Source: Octopus bimaculoides (taxonomy: Eukaryota). Taken from it: a stretch of 33,521 nucleotides of DNA. The stretch spans positions 39,057,852 to 39,091,372 of the forward strand of contig NC_068995.1 of NCBI RefSeq assembly GCF_001194135.2, written 5' to 3'. Below, one piece after another: positions 12,980 through 24,879 of the stretch. Positions within the stretch are counted from its first letter, which is position 1; every line of letters starts with the position of its first letter. The position numbers and the translations under genes were made by a program. The notes below the pieces were generated by a model that ran no database searches, was not told the DNA's origin, and saw nothing but the letters and a program-made list of their open reading frames with translations.

Positions 12980-13100
12980 ATATATATATATGTATATAAA
13001 TGAATTATTTATACATACATACGCAAATGCATACATATCCATGTATATATATATATATATATGTGTGTGTAGAGAGAGATAGAGAGAGAGAGAGGGAGAG

Positions 13101-13137
<37 letters not shown>

Positions 13138-13170
13138 AAGAGAGAGAGAGAGGAGGGATAGCTAGCTAAC

Positions 13171-13227
<57 letters not shown>

Positions 13228-13400
13228 GGATAGATAGATATTTATGTATACATGTATGTATATACATACATACGCATACATACATATGTGCGTGCGTGTG
13301 CGTGTGAATGCGTGTGTATGTGAATGCGTGTGTATGTGTTCATATATATGCTTGCGCTTGTGTCAATTTGTGAGAACACAATGCATATATATGTACATAC
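12980..13400. repeat. Compound (TA)n/(AG)n/(GATA)n/(TG)n microsatellite
   Basis: Direct reading. Confidence 0.95.
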
Positions 13401-13845
13401 ATCGTTGCAGGCATATGTCAAATATTGATGCAACCTACGCTTCGTTTATTCCATTGTAATTATAATTTTTTTTAAAGTTTACCTCTGCTATCGATATCGT
13501 TGTTCATGCTAACAAAGTAAATAATGGTAGTGTGATATTTGCTCAACAGTGCGAAGTTATATGTGGTCATAAGTATTAGTTAGAAAATAAAAGTAAGATG
13601 AACCTAACAACCAACAACACAGTTATCAATTTCCTTTCAAATCTTTCATATAATACATTGGTACAGAACCATACACATACGACAAAAGCACATACATGCT
13701 CACACACACGCTTACACAAACACCATCATGTGCATTCGTACGTAAATAAATTATTTATACATACATACGCAAATAATACATATCCATGTATATATATATA
13801 TATGTATAAAGATACGTATACGTACACACAAATATACGTATGCGA

Positions 13846-13881
<36 letters not shown>

Positions 13882-14924
13882 TATAAATGTATGTAAATGA
13901 CTGTGTCGTATATATATATCTATGTGTACAATTCATATCTACGTTTGCCTTTCTTTTTTTCTTTTCAGTTTCTCACTGTTATACAAACACACGTACACAC
14001 ACAAGCAAACACACATATACACACACAAACACATACATGTGATTTTTTGCTTCTGTGTGTATGTGTGTGTGCGTATGTGTGTGTGAGTGCGTGCGTGCGT
14101 GTGTGCGTGTGAATATAAACGCATAAATACAAAAAGGTTTCCATAAGCACGATCCTAAACAAACATAGAGACACATCTTCTTTGAAAATAAAGCCCCAAT
14201 TGATAGTAAACTGGAAACTTCTGAGGCGGAAAAAAGTAGGAGAGATGTGTGAGACGGAAGGGAGGAATTTGATAGAATAGCAATAAACGTTCAAAGAGAA
14301 AACAAATCGAATATATACATTTATTTAGGCAAGTCGAAGTAACATAATCACTATTATTGATCATATATAAAAATATACCTAATTAGTTTGTCAAAAACCT
14401 CTTGTGGATCGCTAATCTATAACCATCCTCTGATTCAAAAATAAATCACCGTTGATTATTTTAAAAATACACTAGCTTATGTTGGTAATTATAATCACCG
14501 AAAAGTTGTTATCGTTTTTGAGAGAATATACATATATGTATTCAAAATGTGTGTGAGCGTGTATATATATATATGTGTGTGTGTGTGTGCGTCTGTACGT
14601 ATGTGTGTGTGTGTCTGTACGCATACGCCGCTGCACATTCACACACACACAAACACAAACACACACACATATATAGCGATACATGTATATGCAGTTGTGT
14701 TTATATACATTCATATGTACGTGCGTATGCATGTATGTGTGTTTATTTATCTCTAAGTACCTACGTAATTTTACGTTTATATATTTGGCTTGCAAGTTTC
14801 TTGATTTGAAGTCTTTTATGTAAGTCATTATTCGGGTATATTTTAAGGTTACTTGACAATAGAGAAAGAGCCGTTTTCTAACCTAAATCCCACGCTCCTT
14901 TATTGGAATTTCAGCCACATCAAC

Positions 14925-14926
<2 letters not shown>

Positions 14927-14969
<43 letters not shown>
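14927..14969. repeat. (GATA)n microsatellite
   Basis: Direct reading. Confidence 0.96.
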
Positions 14970-15560
14970 TAACGTACAAGGGTATCACCAGCTATCAATG
15001 ACTAAAACTACAAAACGACCCAGATGCAACACAATAATTGGCTGATGAAAATTACGTGCACTTCACTGCTCAGAACTTTCAGAATCTCCACTCGCATCCC
15101 ACAAACAATCTACAATAGGAGTATATATGGTTAATAATAGTACAAGCCCAGAGTCAGACCTCGGATTCTACATGAGTAATACCAAGATGGCAACAATGCT
15201 GGATGCATTCCGAGAACATTCAGGACCATGGAAAAGGATACCTTGCCATTCCTATTGAGAACATTCGTTCTTATTCGACATGATTACTGCACCCACCGCA
15301 GAACGTCATTGTTGAGGCAGTACTTTAAGCAATGCAGCGTTGCTACACAAAGAAGATTGACACGGTAAATGAGATGAGCTCTTGGGAAACGATAAAAGAA
15401 CAGGACATCTACTCCCAAGCGAGAATGCGTGAAAAAAAAATGCATGTTATACTCTTATGGAATATGGTGGAAGGTCTAGCATCCAATTCTGGATTTGAAA
15501 CATACACCAACTACTGAAATGGAAGACACTGCATAGTTCCAAAGATCTCGCTTTCTCATC
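14970..15560 (+). mobile_element. CR1-clade LINE, decayed 3' part of RT
   Basis: Translations include LQNDPDATQ*LADENYVHFTAQNFQ, SDLGFYMS, RTFRTMEK and MQRCYTKKIDTVNEMSSWETIKEQDIYSQARMRE...WNMVEGLASNSGFETY...NGRHCIVPKI. These match the CR1 RT C-terminal pattern (QRRYTKKI...YWERLK.L.LYSLERRRER). Confidence 0.8.
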
Positions 15561-16264
15561 TAGAATAAAGAGCCAGAGCTGCAACAGCTCGAGTTGTAAC
15601 CAGTAAGACATAAAACATGACTCACATATACACACACACACACAGAGGCGCACGCACATCCACCCACCTACCCCCCCACACACACACATACGCACACACG
15701 AACATACAGACACACACCTATATATATATATATATACGATTAAAGATGTTATTGATATATTGATAATATATAAAGAATTATCAACATGATAGAGATAATT
15801 TATTTCCGCACTCAGCTGTGTGTGTATGTAAGAGAGCGTGCATGTGTGTGAGCATGCGCACATTCGTATGTGTGTGAGCATGTGCACATTCATATGTGTG
15901 TGCGCGCGCACGTGTGTCTGTGTGTATGTGTGTCTGTGTAACCAATAAAACATGCACTTGAATATGTATATAGTTATATATATTCATTCCATTCCTTTTA
16001 TATCACAGACGGTGAGCAATATTAAATGCGAATGTGCTTTTCTTTATATTACGAATGATTTATTTTCATTTTGCCTCGAATGTCTGCAATCTTTCAAATA
16101 CTTTTAACTTTGAAATTTCTTTTTTTTTTATCAGCTTATGGATTATATTTATAAATAATGTCTTTTTAATGTAAGACATAACACAAATAAGTCCCTGAAA
16201 TTCTTTGTTACGTAAGCGCAGATGTATAGATTTTCATGCTTACATGCATATAGATATATATTTA

Positions 16265-16265
16265 A

Positions 16266-16299
<34 letters not shown>

Positions 16300-16341
16300 G
16301 TATGAAGAGAGACAGAGAGAGAGAGAGAGATAAGAACAGAG

Positions 16342-16403
<62 letters not shown>

Positions 16404-16430
16404 GATAGATAGATGGATAGATAGATGTAT
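16265..16430. repeat. (TA)n/(AG)n/(GATA)n compound microsatellite
   Basis: Direct reading. Confidence 0.95.
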
Positions 16431-16925
16431 CTCAGTGCGTATGTATATATGCACGTATGGTAGATTCATTTACAAGCGTTTAGAACTTTTTGTATAGCAA
16501 CAAACTTTGTTGTAGTTTTTTTCATCTCTGCCTCTCCATCGTTCTCTCTCCTTCCCTCTCTTTCTCTCTCTCCCTTTCTCTCTCTCCCTCTCTCTGTCTT
16601 TGTATCTATCTATATATCTGGCAAATTAAAACTGTTATCATTGATTTGTTTTAAAAATTCTTTTTGATGCAATATAACTTGAATAAACCTGATCGAATCT
16701 TATATAATTCTAAACAAGCAATATTCAAATGTAGTATTCGAGGGATTTAATTTGCGAGCGCTTGGTTTTATTCTTTAATAATGTTTCGGATTTTATTCTG
16801 TCATATAAGTTTTCTTGGCTTCGCTATTGTCAAAATATATACTTATAGAACTATATATCTACCAGGTTGGATTTCTTTTCTTCCCTTACACGATAGAGTT
16901 TTCTTTATTCATTTTATCAATGTTT

Positions 16926-16927
<2 letters not shown>

Positions 16928-16998
<71 letters not shown>
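16928..16998. repeat. (AT)n microsatellite
   Basis: Direct reading. Confidence 0.97.
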
Positions 16999-17009
<11 letters not shown>

Positions 17010-17059
17010 CATATTGCAAGTGTTTTGTTGTTTTCTGTATTCTTCTCATATGAGTGGGG

Positions 17060-17228
17060 ATGTGTGGTATAAAAGCTAGTTTTGTACTTATGTGGTCTCG
17101 GTTTCAGTTGTTTATCTCTGTAGTAACTTGGCCTTGGCCAATCATCTTTTGCTATAGCCCATAGCCGACCACTGACTTGTGAGTGAAACTGGCAGACAGA
17201 GACTGTGTAGAAGCCCGTTTATATATAC
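17060..17228 (+). mobile_element. SINE family B, diverged 5' half
   Basis: ctatagcc..ccgacca...cttgtgagtg...ggcagacagagactg..agaagcccg is collinear with 9600-9690. Confidence 0.7.
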
Positions 17229-18277
17229 TAGCAGAAAGGCCACCCTCCGAGCGGTTTTCTGCTAGCCCCTTGATAATATGTTTGCATTTGATTCCCAATT
17301 GTAATAATTTTTATATTTGACGTCTTACTATTTCTCTGTATACTAGTGCTCACTTGCTTTGAAAATGTTATTACAGTCATAATCTCTTTCGTTTAAACAT
17401 ACATCACGTTCGTCCAACTACAGAGGGAGAAGGATTTTGTCAAGTTCTACCTTCCCCTCAAAGCAACATAAAGATTACAATTCAGCAGACTATTTGTAAA
17501 CATTACGATATGTGTGTGTGAGAGAGAGAGAAGTGGTGGGGAATAGAACATTACAAACAATGATTGAAATAAATCTGAAATGAAAATATCGGATAAATAA
17601 TAAGCTATTACTACAGATCTATATGCCCGACTTTGTTGTCTCACAACATCCAGATAATGGATATTTTTAAACAAAATTTCATGCAAGTACCGCTTAGATG
17701 GTGTGGCTTCAGAGTATATAGGGATTTATGGGAATGAATTTTTCCAAGGGCTGGAGAGATGAGTTTTGGAAAATTCACACGATCTGTCTTTTTCCCCTCA
17801 TAAAGTTCAGGAAAATAGGTGTCCTTTAATGACAATTTATGCAAATCCCTTTCAGTCGGCATAGATTACGATGTTAAAGAAATTCGTGGGGAAAATTTTT
17901 TCGGGGATTTTTCCCGTTATTTTAAACCACGGTCTTTTTAATGATGGGGTTGTTGGGAGACATCTTTGTTACAACCCCACCTTCCTCACCGTCCCACTCC
18001 GGACCTCTTTTGGGTAATTTATTTTTTGCACTTGAAAACTATGGGAAAAGCATGTTAATATTTTCAGAGGAAAAATGAATGATTTAAGGGCGATTTGGAT
18101 GGTGTTAATAACACATCCAAAGACATCCGTCCATGTTTCTTTATCATTCTCGCATGTATTGATATCTTTCAATATTTTTCCCTATAAATATATTTATATG
18201 CTATAAAAAAGAAAATTTAAAAAATTATTAATATTTTGGAAATCCACTCCTTGCCTCCGATTGGTTCAGCTTAGAAA

Positions 18278-18673
18278 TTTTATTTTCTACTCTAGGCACA
18301 ATGCCCTTAATTATTTTGGGTATGCGGCAGTCGATTAGATCAACATCAGTACGCACCTGGTACTTAATTTATCGAGCCCGAAAGGATGAAAGGCAAAGTT
18401 GACCTCGGCGGAATTTGAACTCAGAACGTAAAGAGTGACGCTAAGGATTTCGCCCGGTGTGTTAACGTTTCTTATTTCTTTATTGCCCACAAGGGGCTAA
18501 ACATAGAGGGGACAAAAAAAGGACAGGCAAGGGAATTAAGTCAATTACATCGACCCCGAAAGGAGGAAAGGCAAAGTCAATCTCGGCGGAATTTGAACTC
18601 AGAACGTAACGGCAGACGAAATACCGCTAAGCATTTCGCCCGGCGTGTTAACGTTTCTGCCAATTCGCCGCCT
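18278..18673 (-). mobile_element. Head-to-tail dimer of family A SINEs
   Basis: The unit ggcggaatttgaactcagaacgtaa...ttcgcccgg.gtgttaacgtttct occurs twice (ending at about 18472 and 18658), each with a different tail. Confidence 0.88.
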
Positions 18674-19214
18674 TCGAATAGTTATTATTGTAAGGCTTAG
18701 ACCCTTCCAAACGGCCATAACAACAAAATTTTTCACAAAAAATATACGGATATTTGTTTTTTAATTTCATTCAAAAAATATATTTTTTTACATTGCGTAT
18801 ACATTAATAGAATAACCTGTCAGTTTTTCAAATAGCGAATTAAAACTTGAAATGTAAACATTAAAAGCGAATGTAAGACACTGCAAATAGAAATGGAATA
18901 CTCGGCAGTGGATGCAATGAATTTTTAACTTTGTAAAAAATTGAACGCAGTGAATGCACTGGATATTCGGATATACAAAATATTGGAGCTAAAAAAATTC
19001 AGTAATTATAGGAAATTTCTTAGAACAAGAATTTAAAAAAATATTTCGAGACGGTCAACATTTTCATAATTGCTTTCGTTTTGTACTTTTAGTAATTGTT
19101 ACATACCTAATTAATAAGCAGCTTTCTCCATTATTGTATACATAGATATATATTTTTGTATGTGTATATGTGTGCGTGTTTGTGTGTGTGTCTGCATGCG
19201 CGAGTGTGGGGTGT

Positions 19215-19297
19215 ATACGAGAGGGTGGCTATTTAGTTCCTGACTCAGATAAAAGAAAATAGAGGAGGATCAGTGAATTATGATTCTATTCAACATA
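19215..19297 (+). mobile_element. Mariner-like terminal inverted repeat remnant
   Basis: TA-C-GAG...GGGTGG...AGTTCCTGAC start resembles mariner TIRs (TACGAGGGT...AAGTT). No partner end was found. Confidence 0.45.
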
Positions 19298-19484
19298 TTG
19301 TACAAATGTTGCTTGTTGGTGTAATTGTCTTGCAGTAAAATAATTGAGTTGTAGTTGCTGATAATCACAGTATGTTTTCAATCTATTTATATATCCCGAC
19401 GCAAGATTTTGTTTTGCTCTTTTATAACAGCTAAATATAACATTATTCACTTCATAAATCTAAAAAAAACTGTTTTATAGTTAC

Positions 19485-19676
19485 CATTTCTTATATAATG
19501 GCAGCTAAAAAGAATCCGCTTGCTTTTTACTGTGTAGTTTTCGTTCTGTTCCTTCGTTTCATTGTTATTGATGCCGTGTCCATCCATGTTGTTTGAAGTA
19601 ACTCTCTGCATGGTAAAGTCAAGTTGCAGTTGAAAATCACTACAATCCTGAACAAAAAGCTCTTCAGTTAATTCAT
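19485..19676 (-). CDS. Candidate internal exon of an unidentified gene (192 nt, phase 1-1)
   Basis: Flanked by ttaatcttcag| and |gtaact. The open frame DELTEELFVQDCSDFQLQLDFTMQRVTSNNMDGHGINNNETKEQNENYTVKSKRILFSCHYIRN has a protein-like composition. No homolog was recognised. Confidence 0.4.
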
Positions 19677-19864
19677 CTGAAGATTAACTACTTATTTAAC
19701 AGGGCTGATAGTTGTGGTTTCAATGTCGGAAATAGCATTCATGGTATTCTCGATAAATATTCTTCCAAGCAAAATATGCAGCTTGTCACTTCAAGTGATG
19801 AAATAAGTATGTATGTATGCAAGTATGTATGTATGTATGTATGTATGTATGGTACAAGAATATA

Positions 19865-20145
19865 AAAAAAGAAAGACGTTGTGAAAAAACAAACGTGTAT
19901 TGGGTCTATGTTCTCGAAAAGTGGAAGAATAAGTCTTCTATCTATCGAGCATACACTCTTTTGCAGGAAGCAAAATGCAAGGACAGTAAAGATGGAAAGA
20001 AAAATGAAGCAAAACGTATATACTTTAGACTATCACTGTATACTTGTATGACCAGAAGAGGTCACTAAAGACGTGAGCGACAAGGAGGGCAACTAAAAGA
20101 TTTCATATGGACGTGGGTGACAAGGTGGACAAATGGAGACTGGCA
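19865..20145 (+). mobile_element. Possible RTE-clade LINE 3' end remnant
   Basis: Purine-rich stretch with fragments TRRGH and VGDKVDKWRLA resembling the RTE C-terminal GRP..TW...A.DR..WR pattern. It is heavily decayed. Confidence 0.3.
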
Positions 20146-21274
20146 TGTATGTGCGTGAGTAAACGCGTGTGTATGTATGAGTTTAATATGTACCTGTATA
20201 TTCTGTGGAATATGTGCGTGCATACACGTATATGCGCTCTTGTACGTGTGTCCATCTTTTCATTTATATTTGTGTATGTGACTACCTGATACACGCGCGT
20301 GGGTGTGTGTGTGTGTGTGTCTGTGTGTGGCTATCTGATGTATGTGTGTATGCAATGGCGCGTGTATTGCACTTTTGTGTACTTGTATATCTGAGCATAC
20401 ATACGTACGTCTGTATGCATGTATATGTGTGTGTCTGAATATATTGGTAGGTGAGTAGGTAGGCAGGCCTCAGTTGACTATATAACACTTCCTGTCTGCC
20501 TGCAACCGTATTGATTTCTTACATTCGCACAAGAGCTAATTATCATATAGAAGTGTTACAGTCATTAACGTGATTGACGATATGTTGCTGTTCAGATAAT
20601 TACCTCGGAAGGATACAAGCTAAGTAGAGCTCAACGGGACGTATGAACTCCATTTTTAGTAAGATGTTTGTTCTTTACCACAAAGAATAGAAATGAGTCT
20701 CAAGTATTCTGCCAGAATAGGAATAGTATGAGTTCTATACATTATCTTTGCTAATTTTATCTGAAATTGTTTTACTTTTTTTTTTTTTTTTAGTGTTCTA
20801 TTCCACATTTCTCTCTTGATATTTTCTTACCTTTCGCAAATACTTTGTTATCTCGAAATATCTCTATTGCGAATACACATAAATGATTTTATCATAACCA
20901 GCACCGATAAACAGTTCTAAAACTCATGCTTCCTGAGGAATAAAGAATAAGGGCTACGGTGTTCTTTGTTACCTCCTTTAAAACGCTCACAACATCTGTT
21001 AAATATCTAAAGTCTAAATGCAATAAATAAATCGATTTTCCTTTATGCTAACAACAGCAAAGAGCATCGATATACAAATATAATGACTATCCGAAAGCTG
21101 AACAGCTAGACAATGTTGGTAATCTTCCAACAATTTAAAATATTCCCGAAAGATTAATTTTTCAGCAATAGACTCTTCAACTTCGCTCTACCCCTAGCCC
21201 AGGAATCAAGTCGCTTAAATTAATAGGCAGAAGCATGTGAGCCTAGTGGAACATATACAGTTACATATTTATGT

Positions 21275-21590
21275 GAAGGCACATGGGTCAGTGGTTAGAG
21301 CATCGGGTTCACAATCATGAGTTAGTGAGTTTGATTCCCAGACCTGGTTGTGTGTGTCTTCTTGAGCAAGACAATTATTTCACGTTGCTCCAGTTTACGT
21401 AGCTGTAAAATTGATTTGCGTTGTCACTGGTATCAATCTATAAACGGCTTTGGCCTTTCCCTTCATCGGTGTTGTTGAGAGAGGAGGCTAGTGTGCATAG
21501 ATGACTGCTGGTCTTCCATATTCGACCTTGCCCATACTTGCACCTCAGAGGGTAACATTCTATGTGTAATCCCATGGTCATTCGTAATCG
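21275..21590 (+). mobile_element. SINE family C
   Basis: tRNA-like head gtcagtggttagagc...gtttgattccc, CORE-like ttcttgagcaagac..ttatttcacgttg, and a tail collinear with the reverse complement of 27880-28238. Confidence 0.8.
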
Positions 21591-21752
21591 ATAATAGCTA
21601 TTTACTCTATTTTTATACATAATCATTGGAAGTTATGTTTCATTATCATATTCACATGATAAAGCCACTACATAATTTTGTGCAATATACTGTGGGACTT
21701 AACAAAACGTAACTAGCTTTCAATCCATATGCGATATAATTCACACGCACAC

Positions 21753-21929
21753 AGGTACGTTTGGGGTATTGCTGAAAGTGAAACTCATCTGTATCATCAC
21801 CATGCCATAATTTCATGACAGCACACAATTGTTCGGATGATGCCTGAAATGAATAAAGACTATTTAGCTTGGGCTTGTCACAGATTCAGAATTCTGAATG
21901 AAACAGTCATCAATGCTGAAGGCAAATAA
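21753..21929 (+). mobile_element. Tc1/mariner-superfamily (maT/DD37D-like) transposase C-terminal remnant
   Basis: A single frame reads RYVWGIAESETHLYHHHAIIS*QHTIVRMMPEMNKDYLAWACHRFRILNETVINAEGK*. This matches the pattern following the SPDLNPLDY motif (YVWG..ERETN...ACxRFR.RIEAVI.AEG). Confidence 0.72.
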
Positions 21930-22012
21930 TTTTGTAAGAAACATTATCCAAGACATGTGCACAAATTCTAAAGATTTGTATAAATAAATATGCATACATA
22001 TATATATATATA

Positions 22013-22256
22013 NNNNNNNNNNNNNNNNNNNNNNNNNNNNNNNNNNNNNNNNNNNNNNNNNNNNNNNNNNNNNNNNNNNNNNNNNNNNNNNNNNNNNNNN
22101 NNNNNNNNNNNNNNNNNNNNNNNNNNNNNNNNNNNNNNNNNNNNNNNNNNNNNNNNNNNNNNNNNNNNNNNNNNNNNNNNNNNNNNNNNNNNNNNNNNNN
22201 NNNNNNNNNNNNNNNNNNNNNNNNNNNNNNNNNNNNNNNNNNNNNNNNNNNNNNNN
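22013..22256. other. Assembly gap (N run)
   Basis: Run of N. Confidence 1.
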
Positions 22257-22262
22257 TGTGTA

Positions 22263-22659
22263 TAGTTAAATCAAGAAAGAGAAAATGGAGAGTAGGAAGT
22301 TATTAGCAAATTGGTAACTGTATTTCTTACAGACATTTCAGTTAATACTGAATAATTTATCAATAAATTTGTACGTTAAATTTGCGCTTATCTGACATGA
22401 GCATAATTTCATCACGGATAAAGATGTACCCTGAGATAGTACATGCCGACGTATTAGTTCGTTTCAGTAGTCTGCTGGTATATCGTTTTTCTCTGAAGAA
22501 ATTATGCTCATGTCACATAAGTACAAATTTGATACACAAATTTCTAATTAAATTATTGAGTATTAATTAAAACGGCTGTAAGAAGTAAAGATAACCAATT
22601 TGTTAATAATAAGTAATAAATATCTTCCTACTCTCCATTTTCTTTTCTCCATTTAACTG
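22263..22659. mobile_element. MITE / foldback element with ~150 bp terminal inverted repeats
   Basis: 22263-22410 is an imperfect reverse complement of 22498-22659 (e.g. gaaaatggagagtaggaag/cttcctactctccattttc and gacatgagcataatttc/gaaattatgctcatgtc). The spacer is 87 bp, the ends are (c/t)AGTTAAAT, and TA lies at the left flank. Confidence 0.85.
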
Positions 22660-23019
22660 GATATATACTACATACTTAACATATAACTATTGTTTTAAAG
22701 AAATATCATTTCCCCATAATCCTAGTTATTGAACCAGTATTTCCTTGCTTGTCACCAACCCACTATGAGTTTAACATATCCTCAAATTAAACTATATATG
22801 CGTGTGTGTTTGTGTGTGTATGTAGAAGGTCAAAAGGAACACACGAGTTGATATATATATATATTGAAAAATGTCAAGGTAGAAAATGCTAAAATAATTT
22901 TATAAAAAACGTTTTAGTACCGGTTACGGTCATTGAGACTTTTTCAAAGTATGGGATACAAACAAATTTTGGAAAAATTAAATGAAACATTTTTAAAAGA
23001 ATATTTGCATAGTATTCAA

Positions 23020-23370
23020 ATACGAGGGGCATTTTCAAATGTTTCCGTCTGTCTCTGTCTCCCACATAGACACACACACACACACGCACGCACATACATA
23101 CACACATACATACATATATATATATATATGCTAGTTACAGCCACATGGCTGCACTGATGCTAGATATTTCATTTAAATGTTTCATTTACTCGTTGATAGT
23201 ACTCACCGCACTACTCAATTCAGTAATTGTTTTATTGAAAACGCATCAAAAGCGTCTCCCTGAAGCTATTGCCGACGAAATCTGGAAGTTTCTGTTAGCC
23301 TGAAATTCTGTCTTTAAAATATGTAGTTTCTACTCTTTCATTTAGTGAACATTAGTTGGTTCGTTTCTAA
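23020..23370 (+). mobile_element. Mariner-like 5' end interrupted by (CA)n/(TA)n
   Basis: tacgaggggcattttcaaatgtttcc resembles a mariner TIR. The sequence after the microsatellite looks like subterminal non-coding DNA, but support is weak. Confidence 0.35.
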
Positions 23371-24572
23371 TTAATTTTTTTTTTTTAATAAAGCGTCATG
23401 TAAGTTTGTGCGCTTCTGTCTGTGAGCGTATACATACACATATACACCACAGATACATAAATGTGCATGTGTGTGTGTGTGTGTGTTCATGTGACCGTGT
23501 TATTATTTCCACATCCATTGTTTTTGTAGATGTTTGATACTTAGTCAGCCCTAAGCGAATGTGGCGCATGATTTTGACTTGACTATATGTCATTTCATTT
23601 CAAACGCAGCTTGTTAAGATGTGCAGTGTTTAAAATCATGTTCCTTTCATAATGAATTGTTTGATGGAGATATACTGCTATTTCTAGACTAGTTCGAGTA
23701 TCTTTATAATTTGTGTGGAAATTAGTGTGGTGGTAATAAAAATAATTATAAAAATATAATAAATAATTTGAAGTATGAACGGCACTAATGTGAGCGTGTG
23801 TCAGTTCCACTGCATTGCAGCTGCTATGAAGAATAAATGCTTTTAGCAATCCATTTACATTCATGTTATCCTATTATAGACTCTGAGCTGTGAGATATGG
23901 ATAAGTAATTTATTTTCTCATATTAATATTCATAGATGGATATTGGTCTCTATTATTCATGTCAATGACTTTTTTTTTATATTTGTGGTCTTGTAGAAAG
24001 TGATATGCGACAAAATGTTTTAATTTTTTTTCAAAAACACATTATCGATAGAAATTAAGTGGACTCATCCGGGAATTGGAACCCTAACTTTATCTCACAT
24101 CACCACGCAGCAAATATTTATTTTAGCGGTTAGAAACTAATTTATTGCGGAGCATTTGGACAAGAAGTGACGAATTCACAGAAGGATCCTTCGAACGTTA
24201 TAAATCATTCATTACTTTGCAATTTTATTCGTAACTAAGTATTTTCGTCTCCGGAGTCCGATGTTTGTGTTGACATGTTTTTAGGTTTTGGCAAATGTAT
24301 ATACATATTATTTTTTTATTATATCTAAGTTATATCATGTAACTTACTATTTACCAGATAATTAGAATATCAGTTTGTCAGAAAATATACATTATGTCCA
24401 AAATATTTCAGTATTGCAAATAAATTGGCTAAGGAGATATAGTCATCCCGTTCTTTACTGATAACCATTCCCATTCTCAGTGTTGTAAGATCAAATCAAA
24501 CAAATTCCTACATTCTTGATAGAGAAAGAATTATTAATATGTTTAGCATTATATGCAATATATACATCATCA

Positions 24573-24788
24573 AAGGACGTAGGCTGGCAGATTCCTCAGC
24601 TCGCCGGACAAAATGCTTAGCAGCATTTCGTCCGTCTTTGAGTTCTGAGATCAAAATCCGCCGAGGTCAACTTTACGTGTCATCCTTTAGGAGCCAATAA
24701 AATAGGTACCAATTGATCACTGGGGTCGATGTAATGGACTTATACCCTCCCACGAAATTGCTGGCTTTGTGTCAAAATTTGAAATCAT
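24573..24788 (+). mobile_element. SINE family A, full length
   Basis: ggctggcagattc...aaatgcttagc...gagttctgagatcaaaatccgccgaggtcaacttt...taggtacc...ctggggtcgatgtaat...aaatttgaaa. Confidence 0.85.
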
Positions 24789-24879
24789 TTAATGCAACAG
24801 ATTATGCAAAATAACTCCATCAGTCCTTCCTTTCTCTCTTCCTCCAATAAAACCGTTCTTTCGTCGGGTTCGAACATCT

